Source: a virus (Duplodnaviria; Heunggongvirae; Uroviricota; Caudoviricetes). Taken from it: DNA of 8,681 nucleotides. The notes under the pieces were generated by a model. That model saw only the letters and a program-made list of their open reading frames with translations, was not told the DNA's origin and did not search any database. Each line of letters opens with the position of its first letter. Position 1 is the first letter of the stretch. Below are positions 1 through 6,989 of the stretch, piece after piece. The DNA lies in IMG/VR virus record IMGVR_UViG_2651869750_000009. One strand, given 5' to 3'. A program made the translations under genes and the position numbers.

Positions 1-12
1 TCGTGCATTCAT
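1..12 (-). CDS. First four codons (M-N-A-R) of the next tail gene, continuing off the window start; by lambda gene order probably the tape measure protein
   Basis: ATG at 12..10 on the minus strand, preceded by AAGGA (plus 21-26) with about 8 nt spacing; sits immediately after G-T. Only 4 codons visible, so identity is inferred from position alone. Confidence 0.3.
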
Positions 13-58
13 CTTAAATGTCCTTTTACTGCGAAAATGGACATTAGTATCGGAAACA

Positions 59-137
59 GGAAAGGGAGGCGAAAGACGGTTTAAATGATGCGCTTACGGA
101 AAGGGAGGCGAAAGACGGTTTAAATGATGCGCTTACG
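59..137. repeat. Perfect tandem direct repeat, 2 x 39 bp (59-97 and 98-136, plus one further matching base)
   Basis: Unit ggaaagggaggcgaaagacggtttaaatgatgcgcttac occurs twice head-to-tail with no mismatch; the repeat contains the stop codon and last five codons of the G-T frame (stop at 120-122). Confidence 0.9.
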
Positions 138-784
138 CAGACTGAAATCAGAGGGATGCATATCCGGATCGCAAAAAAACAGGCTGAGTACAGCGTACGT
201 CAGCCCGGAAAAATGCATATCCAGCTGGGTATCCTGAAAATAATGCGTGCGGTAAAAACGGTGCCAGTCGGCATATTCGGTGGATGTCATCCCGGCAAGC
301 ATGGCGCGCCAGTCGGGTCTCCCCATCTCACGCGCCAGTCTGAGGGCAAAGTTCAGCTCACCGTCGAAGACTTTCCCGCAGAAAAATCATCATCAGTCAG
401 CGTGTTATTTTTCGCCACTTCAGTAATATCAGTATCCGGACGAACAGCTTCGATCATCCCGGACAGGCACAACACCACGTCTTCCGCCCGGGCAATGGCA
501 TCGGCAGGCCAGGTGGTGAGCACTTCCTGCTCTATCTTCATCACGGCCTCATTCATTGACGGTGACTGCGTTTTCTGTGGATGGTTATGCCACAGGGACA
601 TCGCCACCAGAAACGCGCCGGTTCTGACAAGATCTTCCACACTCACCTGCAGGTTGCCGCTGGCTTCAGCCTCTTCTGCCCGCCGTTTCAGGAGGGCAAG
701 ATGCTCAATACGCTGCAGCGCAGACAGCTCAGAAAGCGTGACGGATACACCGTTATATTCAAATTGTTCTGTTTTCAGGAACAT
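120..784 (-). CDS. T: Tail assembly chaperone G-T fusion made by programmed -1 ribosomal frameshift at 371-377
   Basis: The -1 frame is open from the GGGAAAG heptamer to the TAA at 122..120 and reads ...GKVFDGELNFALRLAREMGRPDWRAMLAGMTSTEYADWHRFY...SLRKRII; same position and heptamer as the lambda G/G-T recoding site. The T part is about 85 codons. Confidence 0.75.
353..784 (-). CDS. G: Tail assembly chaperone, lambda gpG homologue
   Basis: 143-aa ORF (MFLKTEQFEYNGVSVTLSELSALQRIEHLALLKR...SAGKSSTVS) with ATG at 784..782; matches my recollection of lambda gpG over most of its length; located between V and T as in lambda. Confidence 0.9.
   Translation of the reverse strand: MFLKTEQFEYNGVSVTLSELSALQRIEHLALLKRRAEEAEASGNLQVSVEDLVRTGAFLVAMSLWHNHPQKTQSPSMNEAVMKIEQEVLTTWPADAIARAEDVVLCLSGMIEAVRPDTDITEVAKNNTLTDDDFSAGKSSTVS
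371..377 (-). other. Slippery heptamer G GGA AAG for -1 programmed ribosomal frameshifting (G to G-T)
   Basis: Plus-strand ctttccc = minus-strand GGGAAAG, in the zero frame as GCG GGA AAG, eight codons before the G stop. Confidence 0.75.
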
Positions 785-802
785 CGCTTATCTCTCAGCT
801 CT

Positions 803-1549
803 TTAGCCACCCGGCACATTATTAACGGTAATTTCAGCCACCGCAGCAAACTGACCATTACCGGAAATCACAGGGATGCTGACTTTTCCATCCTTAACCC
901 CCGTCACAGTAATCGTCATATCTTTCACGCTAATGGTGGCTTTTGATGGATCGGCGGAAATCGCCCTGAATGTCTTATCCGTTGCATTTTCCGGTTCCAC
1001 AGTAACGGTCAGGGTGGTTGTTTTCCCTTTTTCAACCGTACCTGTCGGCGTTACCTTAATCGCAGTGACCGGCGTAATTTTGCTGCGTTCTTCCGCTACA
1101 GAAGGTTTACCCACGTTAGTGACTTTCACCGTGCGGGTGATCACTTCTTTCGCCGTCACGGCCTTACCGATACTGCTGACCCAGCCACGAAACACATCCA
1201 CCGTGCCATTCGGAAAACGGATTTTATAGGCCCGCACATCCCCGCTTTCAAACCAGCCTATAAGCCCTTTCTGACCTTCCTCTCCCGGTTTCCAGGCCAG
1301 TGTAAAACTGGTATCACCTGCAGATTTCTGTCCCTGCCCGGTCGCGCTCCAGTCCGCGTCTTCATCATCCAGGTAGTTATCATCGTAGGATTCTGCCGTC
1401 ATCTCGCCCGGCGTCAGATCCTTCACCTTAGCCAGTCGCTGCCAGTCATCATCTGACAACGGGTTGGCATAAGCATCATCCTTGCCGGTGTACACCCATA
1501 GTGTGGTGCCGGAACCTTTCACCGGCTCAAGAGGATTTGGTATTGCCAT
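803..1549 (-). CDS. V: Major tail tube protein, lambda gpV homologue, with C-terminal Ig-like domain
   Basis: 248-aa [23 protein letters not shown]...[42 protein letters not shown]..., near-identical to lambda gpV as I recall it over long stretches; ATG at 1549..1547 with GAGGA upstream. Confidence 0.95.
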   Translation of the reverse strand: MAIPNPLEPVKGSGTTLWVYTGKDDAYANPLSDDDWQRLAKVKDLTPGEMTAESYDDNYLDDEDADWSATGQGQKSAGDTSFTLAWKPGEEGQKGLIGWFESGDVRAYKIRFPNGTVDVFRGWVSSIGKAVTAKEVITRTVKVTNVGKPSVAEERSKITPVTAIKVTPTGTVEKGKTTTLTVTVEPENATDKTFRAISADPSKATISVKDMTITVTGVKDGKVSIPVISGNGQFAAVAEITVNNVPGG

Positions 1550-1556
1550 ATCGTCC

Positions 1557-1955
1557 TCACATCTCGTAGGTAATTTTCCACAGGAGATCTGCCGATCCCC
1601 ACATCATAAACTCATCATCCCGGCGGTAGTCATACCCCTGAAGATTCATCTTCAGCAGTAACGCACTGAGGCCGGGAACCGCCTCCAGCGCAGGAAGGAT
1701 TTTCTCTTCCATCCACATATCCAGTGCCGAGTCCGGTTCTTTTGCCCTGAGAAAAACTTCAATATGCAGTGTCGCCTCCCAGGTCCCCTCATCAACGAAC
1801 TCGTCAGCAGCAGACGCATCAGTCAGGTAAACAGCAACAGCAGGCAGTTCCTGTTCATCAATAAAAACCGGGCGGCCGTCAAACCAGCTCACCCGCTCAG
1901 AAATATTGTCTTTCAGGGCAGACAGAACTGCCGTCCGTATTTCACGGTGTTTCAT
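1557..1955 (-). CDS. U: Tail terminator protein, lambda gpU homologue
   Basis: 132-aa [17 protein letters not shown]...LPAVAVYLT...LHIEVFL...GYDYRRDD...ITYEM; matches lambda gpU motifs and length as I recall them; GGGAGG upstream of ATG at 1955..1953. Confidence 0.92.
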   Translation of the reverse strand: MKHREIRTAVLSALKDNISERVSWFDGRPVFIDEQELPAVAVYLTDASAADEFVDEGTWEATLHIEVFLRAKEPDSALDMWMEEKILPALEAVPGLSALLLKMNLQGYDYRRDDEFMMWGSADLLWKITYEM

Positions 1956-1967
1956 ACACCCTCCCTG

Positions 1968-2597
1968 TCATTTTCTTTTCAGCACCAGGCGTAACTGATG
2001 CGTCATGGCTTTCATCATCTGCGCCGGTAATTTTTCCCGGTACATCCGGTCCCGTTCACGTTCAAAAGTTTCTGCCAGCGGTCCGGCAGTCGGAATTTTC
2101 ACCACTTCAATCGGCAGACGGTAGCGTTTCGGCCTCCCTTTGCTGTCAGCACCGGTGGACGATGGTGCCCACGGCATACGCTGCATCACATGCCAGCGTC
2201 CGTTAGCCAGCCGGGTGATAAAGGCGTCCGGGATCCGTCTTTTCCCCACAATCAGCACACTGCCGCCCCCTTTCTTGACCGAACGCTCGCCTTTCTTTCG
2301 TCGCTTTCTGCGGGAAAGCCGCACGCTGGCCGTCCCCAGTTTTATGGCGGGCAGATTACCGGTGTTGATGATGACCTTCGCATAAATCCTGTCTGCGCTA
2401 GCCCGTTGCAGGCGGATACGCTCACGGATGAGACGGCGCGGAACCGCCAGCTCCCTGGCAACCGAAGAGGCCGTTTTCGCGATGATGGACTCCGCCACAC
2501 GGTTAAGTGTCGTGGCGGCAGCCCGGGGAACGGCACGGCGGTCAATTGCATCCAGATTTTTCATGGCCTGCGCCAGACCTTTTATTGCCATACTCAT
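1968..2597 (-). CDS. Z: Tail completion protein, lambda gpZ homologue
   Basis: 209-aa ORF MSMAIKGLAQAMKNL...SRRKRRKKGERSVKKGGGSVLIVGKRRIPDAFITRLANGRWHVMQR...; collinear with lambda gpZ as I recall it. Its ATG (2597..2595) overlaps the upstream stop as ATGA. An alternative ATG at 2591 would give the lambda-like MAIKGL N-terminus. Confidence 0.88.
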   Translation of the reverse strand: MSMAIKGLAQAMKNLDAIDRRAVPRAAATTLNRVAESIIAKTASSVARELAVPRRLIRERIRLQRASADRIYAKVIINTGNLPAIKLGTASVRLSRRKRRKKGERSVKKGGGSVLIVGKRRIPDAFITRLANGRWHVMQRMPWAPSSTGADSKGRPKRYRLPIEVVKIPTAGPLAETFERERDRMYREKLPAQMMKAMTHQLRLVLKRK

Positions 2598-2875
2598 TCC
2601 TGTTCGACAAAAATCCGGGGTTTACCGTTGTACGTGTCATAACGGGTCACCGTCAGTGTGCGCCCCGCAAACACAACAACATCATGACGGGCCGGACGGT
2701 ACCGGGCTGAAAACACCACCAGTGACAACTGGCTGCCCGAAAGCGCCCCCATCTCCGCGGACTCTTCCTCCGGCATCACGTCATACACGACGCCGTTAAT
2801 CTCCGCCTGTTTGCCCATCACCCGAACGGTCGCCCCGTCCATCCGGCAACACATTCGCGTAAACAGATCAGACAT
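2594..2875 (-). CDS. Head-tail joining / head completion protein, FII-like by position and size
   Basis: 93-aa ORF with ATG at 2875..2873, overlapping the upstream stop and the Z start; it sits directly upstream of Z, where lambda has FII. Sequence similarity to lambda FII is weak, so the function is inferred mainly from synteny. Confidence 0.6.
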   Translation of the reverse strand: MSDLFTRMCCRMDGATVRVMGKQAEINGVVYDVMPEEESAEMGALSGSQLSLVVFSARYRPARHDVVVFAGRTLTVTRYDTYNGKPRIFVEQE

Positions 2876-3194
2876 TGATTTTTACCGCCACAGTGGCGCT
2901 GTTTGCAGGAGCATTTTCCCAGGCTACCCCCGCGGCCACCGCACCCTCTGCAGCCAGCTGCACAACCCCGTCCTTCAGATAAACCACCGCGCCGGACTGA
3001 ATGTCGTCAGCAGACTGTTTGGGCAGAAGGAACACGCCTTCGGCAAAACCGTCACCGGCATCACCGGCAGGAATATCTGTAATGGCCACGGCCACCATAC
3101 TGCCGACCACCACCGCAGCACCGCTCAGGATGGTCTGATCTCCGGCATTCACCAGTTCAATGGTGGTACCGTCCTGTACAAAATTTTTCGCCAT
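2868..3194 (-). CDS. Small Ala/Val/Gly-rich head-associated protein, DUF2190-like; candidate decoration or cementing protein, function unverified
   Basis: 108-aa ORF MAKNFVQDGTTIELVNAGDQTIL...GVFLLPKQSADDIQSGAVVYLKDG...; the N-terminal MAKN(F/Y)VQ.G and internal LPK pattern match what I recall for DUF2190 phage proteins that usually follow the capsid gene. ATG at 3194..3192 with GGAGA 9 nt upstream. Confidence 0.6.
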   Translation of the reverse strand: MAKNFVQDGTTIELVNAGDQTILSGAAVVVGSMVAVAITDIPAGDAGDGFAEGVFLLPKQSADDIQSGAVVYLKDGVVQLAAEGAVAAGVAWENAPANSATVAVKINV

Positions 3195-3211
3195 AATGCT
3201 GTTTCTCCGGA

Positions 3212-3233
3212 CAGCCCCTGTGGGGCTGTTTTT
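3212..3233 (+). terminator. Plus-strand-oriented intrinsic-terminator-like hairpin: 7-bp GC stem, 3-nt loop, T5 tail
   Basis: cagcccc-tgt-ggggctg (3212-3228) followed by ttttt (3229-3233). On the minus-strand mRNA the same stem lies just 5' of the DUF2190 ribosome-binding site. Confidence 0.35.
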
Positions 3234-3240
3234 CAGGCAT

Positions 3241-3262
3241 AAAAAAAGCCCTTTCGGGCAGT
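3241..3262 (-). terminator. Candidate rho-independent terminator downstream of the capsid gene, probably partial
   Basis: Minus-strand RNA reads GCCC-GAAA-GGGC followed by UUUUUUU (plus 3248-3259 stem, 3241-3247 A-run), about 20 nt after the capsid stop codon. The stem is only 4 bp, so strength is uncertain. Confidence 0.45.
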
Positions 3263-3281
3263 GATTGTGATAACTCGGTTA

Positions 3282-5261
3282 TCAGGCCACCGACGAACGC
3301 ACCAGCCCGCGCCAGTCAAGTGGTGCCACTCCGGCATCAATACGGATTTTTGTGGCAATGCCGTCAGTGGTGAAACCTTCCTGCTGATCAATGTATGGCG
3401 TGTCCACACCATCCAGCCAGGCCACTTCAATGGTGTCAGTGCCCTGTGCCGCCGCCAGATACCAGGTTTTCGGATCTGCCGCATCAAGACGCGCTTCTGC
3501 AATCACCTCAGCAAAGTTCTGGATGGGGTTAATGACACCGGCGTTTGCATCCGCCCCTTTCACACTGGCCGATTTGATGGTCTGGTTCGCCACCGTCTCC
3601 AGTGCCACCGGTACCAGCATAAAGGCCGGACGGATATTCAGGGCGCGATCGCCTTCTTTCTGCAGGCGCATCATCTGACGGGCCGCATCCAGTCCGGAAA
3701 CGGAAATCCCACCGGTGGCAATATTTTTGTGATCGGCATGGAACAGCGCCTTACCGTCTGACAGTTTCGGGTTATCCGTCAGCACCTTGTAAACCAGGTC
3801 ACCAATCGTTGCCTTCGCCGCACGCCCCATCTTCATCGGCACGTCCACCAGCATATTCAGATCATCATTGATAATGGCCTGGCGGGTGATGGAGAAAATC
3901 TCCCCGTAAGTGGCCAGTGCAATGGTCTCCTTGCGATCTGAGGTGGTGATGTATTTATACTCCGCCCCCTCACGAACCTGGCGCAGAGAACCAAAACCGC
4001 CCATCCCCACGCGATACGCTGTTTTGAAGTCTGACAGGCGTCCCTTACGGGTCCACTTCTGGAAGGTTTCTTCTGATTCCTCCCAGCCCTGGATCAGCCC
4101 CTTGTTCGACACATCCAGCAGAATATTGCCAAAATCAGAGGTGCTGTGCGTCAGCGCCAGCCCGACCATCTGCATGGGGTTATAACTGGCCACCCCAATA
4201 CCGCGCTCCGTCAGTGACATGCGAGCCCATTCACGCAGGGTCATCCCGTTATAGGCGTTATCCTTCTCGACATTTTCAAATCCGGCACGGGCCAGCATCG
4301 CCTGGCGGATCCCGTCCCCCACAAAATTGCCGTTTCCGGCATAAATATGAGCCGGTGTATTTTTGTTGGTCGGCGAGGACTCCTTGCCCATTTCATTCAG
4401 CAGACGTTCACGGGCCATTTCCAGCGAACAGTCAGGATCAGCCACGCACTGTGCCTGAAGCGTCTGATAGCGACCGCCGAACATGGCAAACAGATCGTTA
4501 ATGCCTGACATGCGGGCTTTCTGTTCTGCCATAACGCGGGCGCGAATGGTCGCCTCATCAGACACTGCCGGTACCGGTGATGGTTCTGTTACCGCCGGTG
4601 CAGGGATTGTCACTGTGGTATCACGCGGGGCACTGTTGTATGGCTGCGTGATCATATTTCGGATGGATTCCGGCATCTTTTTAAATTCCTCTGTACGTTT
4701 TGACTGAATACATGCCATTGCCTTAACGGCTGGCGTCACCTGGTCTGCAAATCCGTGTGCCAGACACTCGGCACCGGACATCCAGGTCTCATCCGCCAGC
4801 ATGGCGGCAATTTCATCGGTAGTTTTTCCGGTTTTCTGCGCATATACCGGCACCATAACCGACTCAAGTTTGTCCAGACGTTCGGCATAAGTGCGCATTT
4901 TCTCCGCATCACCACCGCTGATCCCCCAGGGTTTATGGATCATCATGAAGGCATTTTCCGGCATAATGACCGTGTCACCGGCCATCGCAATCAGGGATGC
5001 CATCGAGGCGGCAACGCCATCCACATACACGGTAATGGCCGCACCGTGATTTTTCAGGGCATTAAAAATGGCGATGCCTTCAAAGACATCGCCACCCGGT
5101 GAGTTGATGTGGAGATTAATGTGGGTGATATCACCCAGGGCATTCATATCGCTGACAAACTGCTTCGCGGTAACTCCCCAGAAACCAATCTCGTCATAAA
5201 TATAAATATCCGCCTCACCCTGACCACCCGCCTGCATCCTGAACCAGGATTTATTCTTCAT
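3282..5261 (-). CDS. Tripartite head gene: N-terminal ClpP-like prohead protease, central scaffold-like linker, C-terminal HK97-fold major capsid protein (Gifsy-2 type)
   Basis: Single 659-codon ORF from ATG 5261..5259. Residues about 17-180 align with ClpP, including the catalytic motifs AASMAS (Ser codon 5004-5006), MIHKPWG (His codon 4935-4937) and ADETWMS (Asp codon 4791-4793). The C-terminal ~330 aa resemble Mu gpT / HK97-type capsid proteins. The ORF track's longer version starts at a GTG at 5453, but that extension looks non-protein-like and overlaps the portal 3' end. Confidence 0.88.
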   Translation of the reverse strand: MKNKSWFRMQAGGQGEADIYIYDEIGFWGVTAKQFVSDMNALGDITHINLHINSPGGDVFEGIAIFNALKNHGAAITVYVDGVAASMASLIAMAGDTVIMPENAFMMIHKPWGISGGDAEKMRTYAERLDKLESVMVPVYAQKTGKTTDEIAAMLADETWMSGAECLAHGFADQVTPAVKAMACIQSKRTEEFKKMPESIRNMITQPYNSAPRDTTVTIPAPAVTEPSPVPAVSDEATIRARVMAEQKARMSGINDLFAMFGGRYQTLQAQCVADPDCSLEMARERLLNEMGKESSPTNKNTPAHIYAGNGNFVGDGIRQAMLARAGFENVEKDNAYNGMTLREWARMSLTERGIGVASYNPMQMVGLALTHSTSDFGNILLDVSNKGLIQGWEESEETFQKWTRKGRLSDFKTAYRVGMGGFGSLRQVREGAEYKYITTSDRKETIALATYGEIFSITRQAIINDDLNMLVDVPMKMGRAAKATIGDLVYKVLTDNPKLSDGKALFHADHKNIATGGISVSGLDAARQMMRLQKEGDRALNIRPAFMLVPVALETVANQTIKSASVKGADANAGVINPIQNFAEVIAEARLDAADPKTWYLAAAQGTDTIEVAWLDGVDTPYIDQQEGFTTDGIATKIRIDAGVAPLDWRGLVRSSVA

Positions 5262-6753
5262 GCTGGCTGTCGGTGGCCTGCTGACGCTGTTGTTCAGTTC
5301 CGGCACTGTTGCCTCCTTTGTCGTTGACGGGGTCAGTATCAAAGACCAGCCCCAGTCTGCTGTTTTCATCAATTTCAGCCTTGCGGCGACGTTTGACCTC
5401 ATCCGGATTGCGCCCGCCGGCACGCACCCAGTCAGATTCTGTCGCTGCACCACCCCGGATCTGAATTCTCCAGGCTTCAGCTTCCTTAACCGGGTCGATC
5501 CACGGCATCACCGGACCGGAATACGTCGCGTTATATAGCGTTTTCATCTCCACATCCGCCGGAATTTTCAGCAGACCTGCCGCAACCACCATATTCAGCC
5601 ATGTCCGGTACACCGGACGGGTTACCGCGCCAATAAAACAGTCCTGCAGGATCAGGTAACCATCCGTGGACTCGACCAGCTCCTGCCGCTGGGCACTGTA
5701 GGTGCCGTTATAGTTACGCGCCGCACTGGAAAAACTCAGACGACTGCCCGCTGCCACTGCACGCAACTGGCCGTTGCGGAAAGTTTCAAGGTTGGGATTG
5801 GGACGGTCTGATTTGACCATGCCGATATCCTCGCCCTTGCGCAAATCGTCATAAATAATACCCGGGGTGATATGGACTTCCCGGTCGGTTTCTTTGATCC
5901 CCGGCTCTTCATAGTCCTGCCCGTCACCTTTACGGATATACAGTCCCAGCGCCGCGGCAATACGCGCCGCAGTGAGTTCCGCATCCTCATACTCCTTAAG
6001 GGCACTGATCCGCATCAGCACCCCCGATAACATGGATGAGCCTCGCGTCTGATGCAGACGACGAGTGAACTTCAGGTGGATCATTTTTCCGGCAGCGATT
6101 TCTTTCGTATCACTCTGCCGGCCGCTGACCGGATAATTTTTATAAACCAGATATTTTTTCGGTCTTCCCCACTCATCAAGAAAAACCCCCTGATTCAGTC
6201 CGGCGGATTCATCAGTGCGCATGGGAACAAAATCCGGCTCCATCGCCTCAAGCCAGAATGGCACTCCCGCCGTCCGTTCCAGACCGTTTCCCGCACCACT
6301 GACCATCTGCGCAAACACTTCACCATCCCGCAGCCAGGTCCGCAGCAGTAAACGTTCAAGCACGGGACGGGTATACTGCCCTGTCACATCCGGACTCACG
6401 GACCACTCAGCCCACAACCGGCGGATATCCGCAGCCAGCTCTGCCGCCATTTCCCCGTTTTTTCGTAATGGCTGAGGCTCCACAATAATTCCCCTGGCAC
6501 CAATCACCCGCTCTTCCAGCTTGTCAAACACACCAATCACCAGGTCATGATTGATATCCAGAAAACGGGCCTGCTCCCGCAGGGAAACCGCACCGTATTT
6601 ACTGAGCTGATCAGCAGAGCGATTTTCCCGCCGGGCTTTATGTGTCCGGGTCGGTTTCACCGCCTCATAGGCCATGATTAACGCCCTTGAACGCAGTCTG
6701 GCTGCTTTCCAGCCGGGGGAAAACACGCCTATCACATCATCAATAATTGCCAT
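5251..6753 (-). CDS. B: Portal protein, lambda gpB family
   Basis: 500-aa ORF in the position of lambda B between W and the protease/capsid gene; size and overall character fit lambda-family portals. ATG at 6753..6751 overlaps the W stop (TAATG). Confidence 0.9.
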   Translation of the reverse strand: MAIIDDVIGVFSPGWKAARLRSRALIMAYEAVKPTRTHKARRENRSADQLSKYGAVSLREQARFLDINHDLVIGVFDKLEERVIGARGIIVEPQPLRKNGEMAAELAADIRRLWAEWSVSPDVTGQYTRPVLERLLLRTWLRDGEVFAQMVSGAGNGLERTAGVPFWLEAMEPDFVPMRTDESAGLNQGVFLDEWGRPKKYLVYKNYPVSGRQSDTKEIAAGKMIHLKFTRRLHQTRGSSMLSGVLMRISALKEYEDAELTAARIAAALGLYIRKGDGQDYEEPGIKETDREVHITPGIIYDDLRKGEDIGMVKSDRPNPNLETFRNGQLRAVAAGSRLSFSSAARNYNGTYSAQRQELVESTDGYLILQDCFIGAVTRPVYRTWLNMVVAAGLLKIPADVEMKTLYNATYSGPVMPWIDPVKEAEAWRIQIRGGAATESDWVRAGGRNPDEVKRRRKAEIDENSRLGLVFDTDPVNDKGGNSAGTEQQRQQATDSQHEE

Positions 6754-6989
6754 TAAAACCTCGCCAGTTTAAATCCTGGTTTTCCCCGCCTGCGGCTCAC
6801 CATCGCGGCAAGCCTGCGTTCCCACTCCTGACGTCCGGCGCGGATCTGAGAAAGGCTTTCCAGCGTCAGTTGCTGTCCGTTGAAGGTGACAGACTTCCCC
6901 TCCAGTACGGCCATTTCCGCTTCACGGTACCGCTGTATCATTTCTCTGGCTTCTTCTGTGCTCACAACCAGCCTCCTGATGTTATCCAT
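6753..6989 (-). CDS. W: Head-tail connector / head completion protein, lambda gpW-like
   Basis: 78-aa ORF; C-terminal ...SRRRGKPGF resembles the lambda gpW C-terminus (...RRRGPAGF) as I recall it. ATG at 6989..6987 with GGAAG 7 nt upstream; the start overlaps the last 28 nt of the terminase gene. Confidence 0.75.
   Translation of the reverse strand: MDNIRRLVVSTEEAREMIQRYREAEMAVLEGKSVTFNGQQLTLESLSQIRAGRQEWERRLAAMVSRRRGKPGFKLARF

Noticed and set aside
59-137. Tandem repeat as a CRISPR array or att site
   Set aside because: Only two contiguous copies with no spacers, lying within and just after a coding region; no integrase nearby in the window. Better explained as a simple tandem duplication.
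156-806. 216-aa plus-strand ORF
   Set aside because: It lies entirely antisense to G and G-T, both well supported by homology; its translation is Ser/Thr/Arg/Cys-rich and low in complexity, with no ribosome-binding site context. Treated as a shadow ORF.
2190-2799. Plus-strand ORFs of 150 and 123 aa (2190-2642 and 2428-2799)
   Set aside because: Antisense to Z and the FII-like gene; Arg/Pro/Gly-rich translations typical of the wrong frame in GC-rich coding DNA.
3261-3761. 166-aa plus-strand ORF
   Set aside because: Antisense to the capsid domain of the fusion gene; no independent support.
5262-5453. N-terminal extension of the capsid ORF to the start given in the ORF track (723 aa)
   Set aside because: The codon at 5453 is GTG, the extra 64 residues do not look protein-like, and the region is the 3' end of the portal gene in another frame. 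The ATG at 5261 just after the portal stop is the more plausible start; ATGs at 5402 and 5369 remain possible.
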